32,000 bases of DNA from Candidatus Nitrosopumilus koreensis AR1 (GCF_000299365.1 NC_018655.1:1290001-1322000); one strand, 5' to 3'. Numbered from the stretch's first letter, positions 23,726-32,000 are shown. A program made the numbers and translations. The notes: generated by a model from the letters alone, not told the origin.

Positions 23726-25024
23726 TTGAAAAAAACAATTTCTGGAATTCGAGGTATATTCGGAGGAGATCTCAATCTAAAAGATGTGTTAGAGTTTTGT
23801 AACAACTTTTCATCGTTAATCAAATCACAAAAATGTGTAATTGGAAAAGATACAAGACCATCAGGTTCCATGATAAAAGATACAGCTAGTGCAGCATTGA
23901 TGAAAAATGGAATAGATGTTTTTGATTTAGGAACTGTTCCAACACCAGTTGTTTTCAGAGAAGCAAGAAAATATGGTGCAGGAATAGTTGTATCATCATC
24001 TCACAATCCTATTGAATGGAATGGTATGAAATTCATCATTGAAGGACGAGGAATTAATGAAAAAGAACTTCCACAAATTATCCAAAAACAAGAAATCACA
24101 AAATCAAAAATTGGCACTGAGCAAGAAATTTCATCGCCATATATTGAAGATGCAGGAAAAATCATAGGAAATTTAGAAAATCAGCCCGAAATTGTAGTCG
24201 ATATTGGTGGAGGTGCAGCAAAAGGATTTGCACCTGAATTGTTAGAGTCTATCGGATGCAAGGTTCACAAAATAAATGAGAACCTAGAAGGATGTTCCAG
24301 AGGTCCTGATCCTACTGCAGATAACTTGTCTGATCTTGTTTTAGCATCAGCTAAAAAAGAAATTGGGTTTGCATTTGATCTAGATGGCGATCGCCTTGTT
24401 GTAGTTAGAAATGGAGTAAAGCAAACACCAGATGTAACGCTAGGATTAGGAGTTGCAAAGTCATTAGAACTAGGATACAAGAATTTTGTTCTAAGTATTG
24501 ATACAAGTGTTTCAGTTGAGAAATTTATCAAAGAAAACGGAGGAACTGTTCAAAGAACTAAAGTCGGAGAGGCAAATGTTATTGAACAAATGTTAGAAAG
24601 CAAAGCACAAGCTGGAGGAGAAGGAAGTAGCGGAGGTTTCATTTTACCTGAATTCAATTATTGCAGAGAAGGAATTCTTACCAGTGGTTTAATTTCATCT
24701 ATGTTAGGAACTGAAAAGTTCAATGAGATTTTGAATTTTATGGAAAGCTATTTCCAAATCAGAGATAAGACTGAGATCGATTCACAATTTCATGACAAAG
24801 TGATTGATAAAGTACATTCAACGTTTGCTAACGAATATTCAGAAGTTAATACGTTAGATGGAATAAAAGGAATCATTGATGAAGACAGTTGGGTGTTAAT
24901 TAGAAAATCAAACACTGAAGACATCATAAGAGTTTCAGCAGAATCAAATGATAAAGAAAAGTGTAAAAAAATTGTAAAAGACACGATAGAATTGGTGAAA
25001 CAAAGTTATGACAAAATTAGATGA
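23726..25024 (+). CDS. alpha-D-phosphohexomutase (phosphoglucosamine/phosphomannomutase family)
   Basis: Active-site Ser loop VVSSSHNPIEWNG, Mg site FAFDLDGDRLVVV, sugar loop GGEGSSGG. TTG start with an A/T box about 26 nt upstream. Confidence 0.85.
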   Translation: MKKTISGIRGIFGGDLNLKDVLEFCNNFSSLIKSQKCVIGKDTRPSGSMIKDTASAALMKNGIDVFDLGTVPTPVVFREARKYGAGIVVSSSHNPIEWNGMKFIIEGRGINEKELPQIIQKQEITKSKIGTEQEISSPYIEDAGKIIGNLENQPEIVVDIGGGAAKGFAPELLESIGCKVHKINENLEGCSRGPDPTADNLSDLVLASAKKEIGFAFDLDGDRLVVVRNGVKQTPDVTLGLGVAKSLELGYKNFVLSIDTSVSVEKFIKENGGTVQRTKVGEANVIEQMLESKAQAGGEGSSGGFILPEFNYCREGILTSGLISSMLGTEKFNEILNFMESYFQIRDKTEIDSQFHDKVIDKVHSTFANEYSEVNTLDGIKGIIDEDSWVLIRKSNTEDIIRVSAESNDKEKCKKIVKDTIELVKQSYDKIR

Positions 25025-25958
25025 ATCATCTATAATCAAAGTTTTTCAAAGAAGACTAGGAAACAAGAATTTTGTTTCTGAAGACGTGGAGGTTTTTAGT
25101 TTTGGTAAAACCAAGATTATAGCAAAAACAGACACCTTGGTAGAAAGTACTGACATTCCACCTAAAATGAAATTAGAAGACGCTGCAAGAAAAAGCATAG
25201 TAGCATGTGTAAGTGACTTTGCAGCAAAAGGAATCAAACCACAATATGGTATAATTTCAGTCAATTTTCCTTCAAACATTTCACATACAAAAATTGAAGA
25301 TGCTGCTAAAGGATTTAGAAAGGCATGCAAAGAGTTTAAAATTTCCATTCTAGGTGGCGATACAAATGCAGGAAGAGAAATTGTGTTTAATGTATGCCTG
25401 TTTAGAATATCTAATGATATAGTGCTCAGAAGAGGTGCAAAGAACAAGGATCTCATTTTTGCAACAGGTCCATTTGGCTATACCGCAGCAGGATTGAGCA
25501 TACTATTACACAAAAAGAAGGGAAAAAGAGAATTTGTAAAAAAAGCTGTCAAGTCAGTGCTGCGTCCAAAGCCAAGAGTAGATTTTGGGGTGAGAAATAA
25601 AAAATATTTTTCATCGTCAATGGATTCAAGTGACGGTCTATCTACTACACTAAATGAAATGTCAAAACAATCAAAAAAGAGATTTGTCATTACAAATTCT
25701 CCACACAAAAAAGATTTGGAAGATTTTGCAAGATCACAAAAGTTGAATCAAGACAAACTAGTTTTCCACGGAGGAGAAGAATACGAGTTTTTGTTTACCA
25801 TTAATTCAAAATACAAAAAAACCATCCTAAAAAACGCAAAACTACTCAAGACACCAATTATTGAGATTGGTTATGTAACTACAGGCAAGGGAGTAGTCTT
25901 GCAAAGAAACAACAAAGAGATTCCTTTGAAAGATCACGGTTGGAAGCACTTTAGATAA
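25008..25958 (+). CDS. thiL: thiamine-monophosphate kinase (AIR-synthase-related fold)
   Basis: KTDTLVESTDIP, ARKSIVACVSDFAAKGIKP, ILGGDTN and SMDSSDGL match the ThiL/PurM-like pattern. 17-nt overlap with the upstream gene. Confidence 0.8.
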   Translation: MTKLDESSIIKVFQRRLGNKNFVSEDVEVFSFGKTKIIAKTDTLVESTDIPPKMKLEDAARKSIVACVSDFAAKGIKPQYGIISVNFPSNISHTKIEDAAKGFRKACKEFKISILGGDTNAGREIVFNVCLFRISNDIVLRRGAKNKDLIFATGPFGYTAAGLSILLHKKKGKREFVKKAVKSVLRPKPRVDFGVRNKKYFSSSMDSSDGLSTTLNEMSKQSKKRFVITNSPHKKDLEDFARSQKLNQDKLVFHGGEEYEFLFTINSKYKKTILKNAKLLKTPIIEIGYVTTGKGVVLQRNNKEIPLKDHGWKHFR

Positions 25959-26318
25959 TTATTCATCGTGAGATACATCTCTTTCAACATTATTTACAAT
26001 GCTAAAAACAGATTCAGCAGGCAAAGCTGCAACACACTCAGTCATCCACAAATCATCAAGGTACAACAATCGTTTTCTGTCATCTTCTGGTAAATCATCA
26101 GGGTTTGCTTCAGGATATAGTGTATGGATTTTGTATCCTTCATTTGCAATCTGTTGGCATTTTTTTTCCAAAGGAGACAAGATTACTTCGTTGATCGGAT
26201 TCATTGATTGTAGTGCCATAGAACCAAACAATGCAGCAGCTACTGCAATGCCAATTGCCAAAAACAGAATAGAGCCCATATGAAGACTGATTTTTTTCAG
26301 TATAAGAATAATAGTCAT
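25959..26318 (-). CDS. membrane-anchored hypothetical protein (119 aa; start may be the internal ATG at 26279)
   Basis: N-terminal hydrophobic helix (GSILFLAIGIAVAAALFGSMAL) then an acidic soluble part. Confidence 0.45.
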   Translation of the reverse strand: MTIILILKKISLHMGSILFLAIGIAVAAALFGSMALQSMNPINEVILSPLEKKCQQIANEGYKIHTLYPEANPDDLPEDDRKRLLYLDDLWMTECVAALPAESVFSIVNNVERDVSHDE

Positions 26319-26363
26319 TTTTGAGTCAAGGGACCAAATTAAAGCAAGATTGGAAAATCAATG

Positions 26364-26372
26364 TTTTTTAAA
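26364..26372 (+). promoter_or_regulatory. TATA-like box (TTTTTTAAA) upstream of uS11 TTG start
   Basis: Centre lies about 26 nt upstream of TTG 26394. Confidence 0.35.
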
Positions 26373-26393
26373 CCCCTTTAGGTTTGGTAGTCA

Positions 26394-26897
26394 TTGTCAG
26401 AAACTGAAGCCAAAGTTGAGGAAGCACCTGTCGAAGAGACAGAGGCACCTGTCGAAGAAGTTGAATCTGAGGCAGTAAAGGAAAAAGCTCAACCAGAAGC
26501 AAAGAGTGAAGGCCCAGAAAAATGGGGAATTGCCCACATTTACAGTAGTTACAATAATACAATTATTCACATGACTGATCTAACTGGTGGAGAAACTGTT
26601 GCCATCAGTTCTGGTGGAATTCATGTCAATGCAGACAGATACGAATCATCACCATTTGCTGCAATGAAAGCTGCAAATGCAGTAGTAGAATCTGCAAAAA
26701 CAAAAGGATTCACAGGATTCCACATCAGAGTTCGCGCAGTAGGAGGAGTTGGTTCTAGAGTACCAGGTCCAGGTGCTCAAGCTGCAATCAGAGCATTGGC
26801 AAGAGGTGGATTTAAGATTGGAAGAATTGATGATGTTACACCTATTCCTCATGACACCACCAGAAAGAAGGGTGGAAAAAGAGGAAGAAGAGTCTAG
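26394..26897 (+). CDS. rps11: ribosomal protein uS11 with acidic N-terminal extension
   Basis: Core [27 protein letters not shown]...GFHIRVRA...[30 protein letters not shown]. About 40 aa of E/A/P/V-rich sequence precede it; the first in-frame start is TTG 26394. Confidence 0.9.
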   Translation: MSETEAKVEEAPVEETEAPVEEVESEAVKEKAQPEAKSEGPEKWGIAHIYSSYNNTIIHMTDLTGGETVAISSGGIHVNADRYESSPFAAMKAANAVVESAKTKGFTGFHIRVRAVGGVGSRVPGPGAQAAIRALARGGFKIGRIDDVTPIPHDTTRKKGGKRGRRV

Positions 26898-27205
26898 TTA
26901 ACGACTTTAATTTTTACTTTACAATTTTTAGAAGCAAAATAGTCTGTCATAAATTCAGCAAACTTTTCTTCTGGGTTACTGGTTCTGTATTTTGATAGCA
27001 TGTCAGCAAACTTTTCTTCAATTCCTTGATGCAGTTCTGGTTTGAATGCAAGTTTGAAAAAAGTCCAACCAAAGTTTTTTGTTGGCTCACTGATCAGGTA
27101 TCCGTTGTATCCGCCAGTCAGAGTCTCCATGTGAGATAATGCTTTTTTGATATTGAATACATCATCTGAATAGTTTTTTGTAGAAATTTCTAAAGTGATG
27201 CTCAT
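26894..27205 (-). CDS. hypothetical protein (103 aa), last gene of the rtcB operon
   Basis: Clean ORF with a 1-nt overlap with the upstream gene. No motif recognised; it does not look like archease. Confidence 0.5.
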   Translation of the reverse strand: MSITLEISTKNYSDDVFNIKKALSHMETLTGGYNGYLISEPTKNFGWTFFKLAFKPELHQGIEEKFADMLSKYRTSNPEEKFAEFMTDYFASKNCKVKIKVVN

Positions 27206-27612
27206 TAGTCATCATTCTCAGATGATTGTTTACTAAGTTTATCAGTTAATGATACAAACTTGCCGTCTTGCTCAATATTGATTTTAGTTTCCATTCTGAT
27301 GTGTAGTCCAACTGCTCTAAACAGTGCCAAGAGTTTTCCACCATCAAGTGTTTCGTTTAGTTCGCCTGACTTTATCAACTCAGATAATTTTTGTACAATC
27401 ATTTTAGTTTCATTTGGAAATTGAGATTCTGCATTTTGCAAAACTTCCAATCCTCTAAATCCCAAAACTTTGACTAGTATGTCTCGGGGGTTTTCAGCAG
27501 GTTTAGGCGGGTCAGATGGTTTTTGAGAATCTTGTCTGGATACAAGATTTTTTTGCATCTCTGCCAATCGCTTTGCTTTTAGTCTCTCAAGTTCTGAATC
27601 TTCTTCGCTCAA
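27205..27612 (-). CDS. PDCD5/TFAR19-like double-stranded DNA-binding protein
   Basis: N-terminal ELERLKAKRLAEMQ and central RDILVKVLGFRGLEVLQN...IVQKLSELIKSG...LDGGKLLALFRAV follow the dsDNA_bind (PF01984) pattern as recalled from MTH1615. TTG start overlaps rtcB by 4 nt. Confidence 0.6.
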   Translation of the reverse strand: MSEEDSELERLKAKRLAEMQKNLVSRQDSQKPSDPPKPAENPRDILVKVLGFRGLEVLQNAESQFPNETKMIVQKLSELIKSGELNETLDGGKLLALFRAVGLHIRMETKINIEQDGKFVSLTDKLSKQSSENDD

Positions 27613-29081
27613 CCTTTAATCACACCTATAGGCACTAATTTTGCCACTTTGGTGGCAATTCCTAGATTGTGAGAAACATCAACTACCGCATCAACATCTT
27701 TGTAGGCTTGGGGTGTCTCTTCCACAACTCCATCTCGGGTCAACGCCTTGATAAAAATTCCCTTGTCGTTTAGAGATTTTTTAACATCATTTTCAGTATA
27801 ATTTCGTCTTGCCTTGGAACGAGACATTGTTCTTCCAGCACCATGGGCAGTAGAACCAAAGCTAAGATTCATTGAATTTGGTTTTCCAAGCAGAATCCAA
27901 CTGGAAGTTCCCATAGAACCAGGTACCAAGACAGGTTGACCCAAATGGCGATATTTTAATGGAATTTCATCTCTATTTGCAGGAAATGCTCTAGTTGCCC
28001 CTTTTCTATGAACAACCAACTTTCTTTCCTCGCCATTTACTTTGTGTTTTTCTACTTTTGCAATATTATGTGCAACATCATAAACTAATTTCATGTCAAG
28101 ATCAGATTCTGTTTGATTAAACACGCGTTCAAAAGATTTTCTAGTCCAATGAGTAATCATTTGTCTATTACTCCAAGCAAAATTTAGTGCTGCAAACATT
28201 GCTTTTCTATAAGACTCACCCTCTTCAGAAGAATTAGGAACACATGCAAGTTCTCTATCAGGCAGATCAATACCATATTTTCCCATAGCCTGTTCTGAAA
28301 CTCTTAGGTAATCACTGCAAACCTGATGACCAAATCCTCTTGAACCACAATGAATCAAAACAGTAATCGTTCCTTCTTTGATTCCCATTTTAGCAGCTGC
28401 TTCTTCATCATGAATCTCTGTAACTTTTTGAATTTCAAGAAAGTGATTTCCAGAACCCAAACTACCAAGTTGTGGGGCTCCTCTTTTTCTTGCTTTATCA
28501 GAAACTTTGTTTGGATCAGCATTTTGAATCTGACCATTCTCTTCACAAACATCTGAATCATTAGAAGAACCATAACCATGGTCAATTGCCCAGTTCACAC
28601 CTTTCACCAGAACTTCATCAAGTTCCGAATGACTTAGTTTAACAGCACCTTTAGAACCAACACCTGATGGAATAGAGCTAAAAAGATCAGTTACTAGTTC
28701 TTTTAATTTTGAGCGAACCGTTTGTTCAGTTAAATTTGAGCGCAATAATCGCACTCCGCAGTTAATATCATAACCCACACCGCCAGGACTGATCATTCCT
28801 TCTTCAGCATCCATAGCTGCAACGCCACCAACAGGAAAACCATATCCTTCATGACCATCAGGTAAAACAACACTATGCCCCACAATTCCAGGAATTGAAG
28901 AGACGTTACGTGCTTGCATAATGGTTCTATCAGAAAGCATCTTCTCAAGCAATGCCTCATTAGCATAGATTTTCACAGGTACTTTCATACCCAAATTAGA
29001 ATCAGCATCGATTTGGTATTGGTTTTCTCCAATTTTTTTTGGAGTTGTAGAAGACATGTAATCGGTAAATTTTGTGTTCAA
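27609..29081 (-). CDS. rtcB: RNA-splicing ligase RtcB
   Basis: PDGHEGYGFPVGGVAA, GYDINCGVRL, GSGNHFLE, IHCGSRGFGHQ, HNIA, AHGAGR. ATG 29057 is an alternative start; it is better placed relative to the TTTAAAT box at about 29087-29094. Confidence 0.95.
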   Translation of the reverse strand: MNTKFTDYMSSTTPKKIGENQYQIDADSNLGMKVPVKIYANEALLEKMLSDRTIMQARNVSSIPGIVGHSVVLPDGHEGYGFPVGGVAAMDAEEGMISPGGVGYDINCGVRLLRSNLTEQTVRSKLKELVTDLFSSIPSGVGSKGAVKLSHSELDEVLVKGVNWAIDHGYGSSNDSDVCEENGQIQNADPNKVSDKARKRGAPQLGSLGSGNHFLEIQKVTEIHDEEAAAKMGIKEGTITVLIHCGSRGFGHQVCSDYLRVSEQAMGKYGIDLPDRELACVPNSSEEGESYRKAMFAALNFAWSNRQMITHWTRKSFERVFNQTESDLDMKLVYDVAHNIAKVEKHKVNGEERKLVVHRKGATRAFPANRDEIPLKYRHLGQPVLVPGSMGTSSWILLGKPNSMNLSFGSTAHGAGRTMSRSKARRNYTENDVKKSLNDKGIFIKALTRDGVVEETPQAYKDVDAVVDVSHNLGIATKVAKLVPIGVIKG

Positions 29082-29170
29082 TCCAATTTAAATCATCAGA
29101 AGAATTATGCATGATTTTGTTTTTTGAAAATCATGGATAATCTTAAGTTCAATTATTACAAGTATTGTTT

Positions 29171-29293
29171 ATGGATAATGATCCTTTTTGTCATTGTGGC
29201 TCATGTGGTCATGAAAAAGTGGATGAGTGTTATTCAAAACAGTGCTCCTGTTGTTTAACTGATCATCAAGGCGCTTTTGGAAAAAACAGATAG
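29171..29293 (+). CDS. possible 40-aa Cys/His-rich micro-protein (MDNDPFCHCGSCGHEKVDECYSKQCSCCLTDHQGAFGKNR)
   Basis: Own translation: 7 Cys and 3 His in 40 aa. It competes with an overlapping alternative-frame ORF starting at 29133. Confidence 0.3.
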   Translation: MDNDPFCHCGSCGHEKVDECYSKQCSCCLTDHQGAFGKNR

Positions 29294-29363
29294 TAAATCA
29301 AATTTAATAATTAAATTTGAAATTGACAAGACAATTTATCTATTAGAGACTGTTTATAGAAAT

Positions 29364-29561
29364 ATGGTTCAACGAAAATTAACTAAAGAAGAAATAGAAA
29401 AACAAAAAGAAGAACAAAAAATGAGAGCAAAAGCATCAAGAGCCGCAAGAAGAAGTGGAAAAAGCATCAAAAAAGAAGGCAAGGTAAGCAAATCAAAGGC
29501 AAAAACAAAAGAAACTAGATCTCAAAAGAAAGTTGCCACAGTAAACAAATCACGATATTAA
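29364..29561 (+). CDS. small highly basic Lys-rich protein (65 aa from ATG 29364)
   Basis: MVQRKLTKEEIEKQKEEQKMRAKASRAARRSGKSIKKEGKVSKSKAKTKETRSQKKVATVNKSRY. The track's TTG 29277 start overlaps the Cys-rich ORF. Low complexity, so coding status is uncertain. Confidence 0.4.
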   Translation: MVQRKLTKEEIEKQKEEQKMRAKASRAARRSGKSIKKEGKVSKSKAKTKETRSQKKVATVNKSRY

Positions 29562-29567
29562 GGAGTA

Positions 29568-29577
29568 GATTTATTTT
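29568..29577 (+). promoter_or_regulatory. TATA-like box (GATTTATTTT) upstream of purB TTG 29600
   Basis: Centre lies about 27 nt upstream of TTG 29600, the codon that opens the conserved PurB N-terminus (M)AILPIDSGRYG. Confidence 0.35.
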
Positions 29578-29599
29578 CCAATGGATTCAAGTTAGAACA

Positions 29600-30960
29600 T
29601 TGGCAATTCTACCCATTGATAGTGGTCGTTATGGCACTAAAGAGATGATGGAGATTTTTAGCGAACAAAAAAAATTAATTATCAATTAGAGATAGAAGGT
29701 GCCGCAGCAATTTCTCAAAGTGAAATTGGCATGATTCCAAAAGCAGTAGGTAAAAAAATTCTCAACGCTGCTACATCAGGCAAGATTACTGCAAAAAGAA
29801 TCAAACAACTAGAAGCTAAGAGTGATCACGATACTGCAGCACTAGTAGAATCACTAAGTGAAAAATGTACAAAAGATGCCAGACCATGGATTCATTATGG
29901 ATTGACAAGTAATGATTTGGTCGATACAAGCAATTCAATGCAGATGCGAGATGCATTACAAATTATTGAACCAAAGGTTGCAAAGATGGCATCAATTCTT
30001 GCAAAAAAAGCTGCAAAGCATTCAAAGATTCCAGCAGTTGGAAGAACACATGGACAACATGCAAGCATCATTTCATTTGGTTTGAAATTTGCAAATTGGG
30101 CTGCAGAGATGGCAAAACATGTAGAGAGAATTGAAGAGATTAAGAAAAGAATTTTGATTTGTAAAACATTAGGTGTTGTTGGGACAGGTTCGTTAATGGG
30201 TGCAAAATCACTTGAAGTACAACGAAGAGCTGCAAAACGATTAAAATTATTCCCAGCAGAAGTTACAACACAGGTAGTTCCTAGAGAAAGATATGCAGAA
30301 TATGTGTTTGAGTTGGCTTTGATTGGCGCGACTTTAGAAAAAATTGCAATAGAAATTAGAAATCTGCAGAGAACTGAGATTGGAGAAGTTGCAGAACAAT
30401 TCAAAAAAGGACAGATGGGAAGTAGTGCAGTCCCTGTTAAAAGAAATCCAATCAAGAGTGAACGTGTATCATCATTATCTAAATTAGTAAGAAGTCAGGT
30501 TGCAGTATCTTTTGAAAACATTCCATTATGGCATGAACGTGATCTTTCAAATTCAGCAAACGAGAGATTTGTTATTCCTACAGTATCCATACTAGTAGAT
30601 GAAATGTTAGAAACTATGACTAAAATTATTTCAAACTTGATGGTAAATGAAAAGAGAATTGTAGAAAATCTTTACATCACAAAGGGGCAGATATTTGCAG
30701 AATTTGTTTTAGAGGCACTAATCAAAAAAGGCGTGCCAAGATTTGTAGCATACAGAGATGTACAAAGAGTAGCATTTGAAGCAAATGACAAAGGAATATT
30801 CTACAAAGATGCAATCAAAAACGATAAAGCATTTTCATCAAAGCTAACTGAAAAGGAGATTGATGCCATATTTTCACCAGAGAAACATCTTGGAGCATCA
30901 CCTGCAATTATTAGTAATGTACAAAAATCTGTTCAAAAAACAGTAAAAAAATTCATCTAG
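29600..30960 (+). CDS. purB: adenylosuccinate lyase, interrupted by a 1-nt frame change in an A8 run (29667-29674)
   Basis: Frame 2 from TTG 29600 encodes AILPIDSGRYGTKEMMEIFSEQKK and then stops at 29687. Frame 1 continues INYQLEIEGAAAISQSEIGMIP... into the long ORF, which has HYGLTSNDLVDT, GRTHGQHA, GSSAVPVKRNP and WHERDLSNS. Confidence 0.85.
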
Positions 30961-31708
30961 TCTTTAGAAGGGATTTGTGAATTTTTGAACCATATTGTAG
31001 TGCTTTCTTTCTTTTAGTACAAGACAATTCAGGAACACCAATCACACTTGCCAATTTTCGTATGATGTGTTTTCTGTACAAATCTTCAGAGTCTAAAATT
31101 TTTTCAGAGATTGGAATAGTTTTTGCAAAGTCAATGAACTCAGGAGAAAGCAGTGGTTGCAGGATTTGTACATTAAATTCAGATGCAATAAGATTTACTG
31201 CCTTCATCATCTTTAATTCATTATCTAGTTTTGACGTCATTACTTCATTGATTTTTGATTCACCTCCTGAAAACGCTTCTCGATATGCATTATAGCCACA
31301 AAACAACTCGTCAATTCCGTTTGCAGTAACTACTGTTTCAAGGCCCAAACTTTTTGCAAGTTTTGATACATAATAAAACGCAATACAATTTTCGTTCCAT
31401 GAAAGATTATCAGTTTTTATTTTTTCATGAATAGTGGACGAAATAGATGGGAAAGTTTCTGAATCAATTTCTAATATATGATGAGGGTAATTCAATTGTT
31501 CATTGACCTGTTTTGCAAATAAGATGTCATGTGATTCAGAAAATCCAATAGTAAGCAAAGTAATATCATAGTTCATGTCTGAGCAAATTTTTGCAATTAG
31601 AGTACTATCAACACCTCCAGAAAAAGCAATTCCAATTTTGTTTTCTTTTACAGTTTGAGAAATTGAATTTTTGATTTTTTCAAATAACTCTTGGTATTTA
31701 GCGTCCAT
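30953..31708 (-). CDS. PP-loop ATP pyrophosphatase, asparagine-synthase C-terminal-domain-like (no glutaminase domain)
   Basis: PP-loop IAFSGGVDSTLIA and TANGIDELFCGYNAY, which resembles AsnB GEGADELFGGY. Confidence 0.7.
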   Translation of the reverse strand: MDAKYQELFEKIKNSISQTVKENKIGIAFSGGVDSTLIAKICSDMNYDITLLTIGFSESHDILFAKQVNEQLNYPHHILEIDSETFPSISSTIHEKIKTDNLSWNENCIAFYYVSKLAKSLGLETVVTANGIDELFCGYNAYREAFSGGESKINEVMTSKLDNELKMMKAVNLIASEFNVQILQPLLSPEFIDFAKTIPISEKILDSEDLYRKHIIRKLASVIGVPELSCTKRKKALQYGSKIHKSLLKTR

Positions 31709-31780
31709 CTTTATTCTCTAAATTCTACAAAGGGTAATGAATCAAACTCTTTAACTATTATTTAGAATAACATACAATAG

Positions 31781-32000
31781 ATGATGAAACTATCACAAGA
31801 AGAAATTGATGACGAGTTGAAGAATTTGCCAGGATGGAGTGTGGTAAACGAGAAACTACACAGAGAAATTGAGTTTGATAGCTTCAATCAAGCATTTGGG
31901 TTTATGACTAGAGCCGCAATGGAGATTGAGAAGATGAATCACCACCCAGAGTGGTTTAACGTGTATAATAGAATAACAATAGACTTGATGACTCATGATG
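31781..32000 (+). CDS. pterin-4-alpha-carbinolamine dehydratase (PCD/DCoH), 3' end outside the window
   Basis: Own translation: [73 protein letters not shown], with the diagnostic HHPEW..VYN....L.THD motif. Confidence 0.85.
   Translation, partial: MMKLSQEEIDDELKNLPGWSVVNEKLHREIEFDSFNQAFGFMTRAAMEIEKMNHHPEWFNVYNRITIDLMTHD

Noticed and set aside
29895-30455. Long antisense ORFs inside well-supported genes: 186 aa here, plus 25046..25456 (136 aa) and 8287..8676 (129 aa)
   Set aside because: Each lies entirely within a gene with strong family motifs on the other strand (purB, thiL, DUF373). They have unusual Ser/Cys/Phe-rich composition, and no independent signals support them.

Overview
This is an AT-rich, gene-dense archaeal chromosome segment. 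All homology calls come from motif recognition by eye; no searches were run. The gene content points to a marine ammonia-oxidising thaumarchaeon (Nitrosopumilus-like): Top6A/B, aIF2-beta, an archaeal histone, eS17, uS11, RtcB, a membrane-anchored cupredoxin, COG3432-like wHTH proteins and a DUF5679-like zinc ribbon. Most of the window is housekeeping. It holds the minus-strand cluster aIF2beta-DUF424 / RIO1-KH-Top6B-Top6A, nucleotide genes (purA, pyrF, purB), uppS plus a NUDIX gene, a sua5/tsaC-THUMP pair, TatD, a phosphohexomutase, thiL, and an rtcB operon. Two tRNAs are present, Cys-GCA and Thr-CGU.

The most notable items are:
- A single ORF fuses a MoaD/ThiS-type ubiquitin-like domain, with an internal Gly-Gly, to the KEOPS subunit Cgi121. 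It sits directly against the t6A gene sua5.
- The segment between the two tRNAs carries an AIPR-family abortive-infection gene. It is followed by a long imperfect hairpin, uncharacterised Zn/Cys-His proteins, a wHTH regulator and a divergent pair of paralogous mini membrane proteins.
- purB is split by a 1-nt frame change exactly at an A8 run.
- uppS has no canonical in-frame start codon.
- eS17 and uS11 carry acidic repeat extensions.
- TATA-like boxes recur about 25-30 nt upstream of start codons, including many TTG/GTG starts, which suggests leaderless transcripts.

No CRISPR array, rRNA, integrase or transposase was seen.
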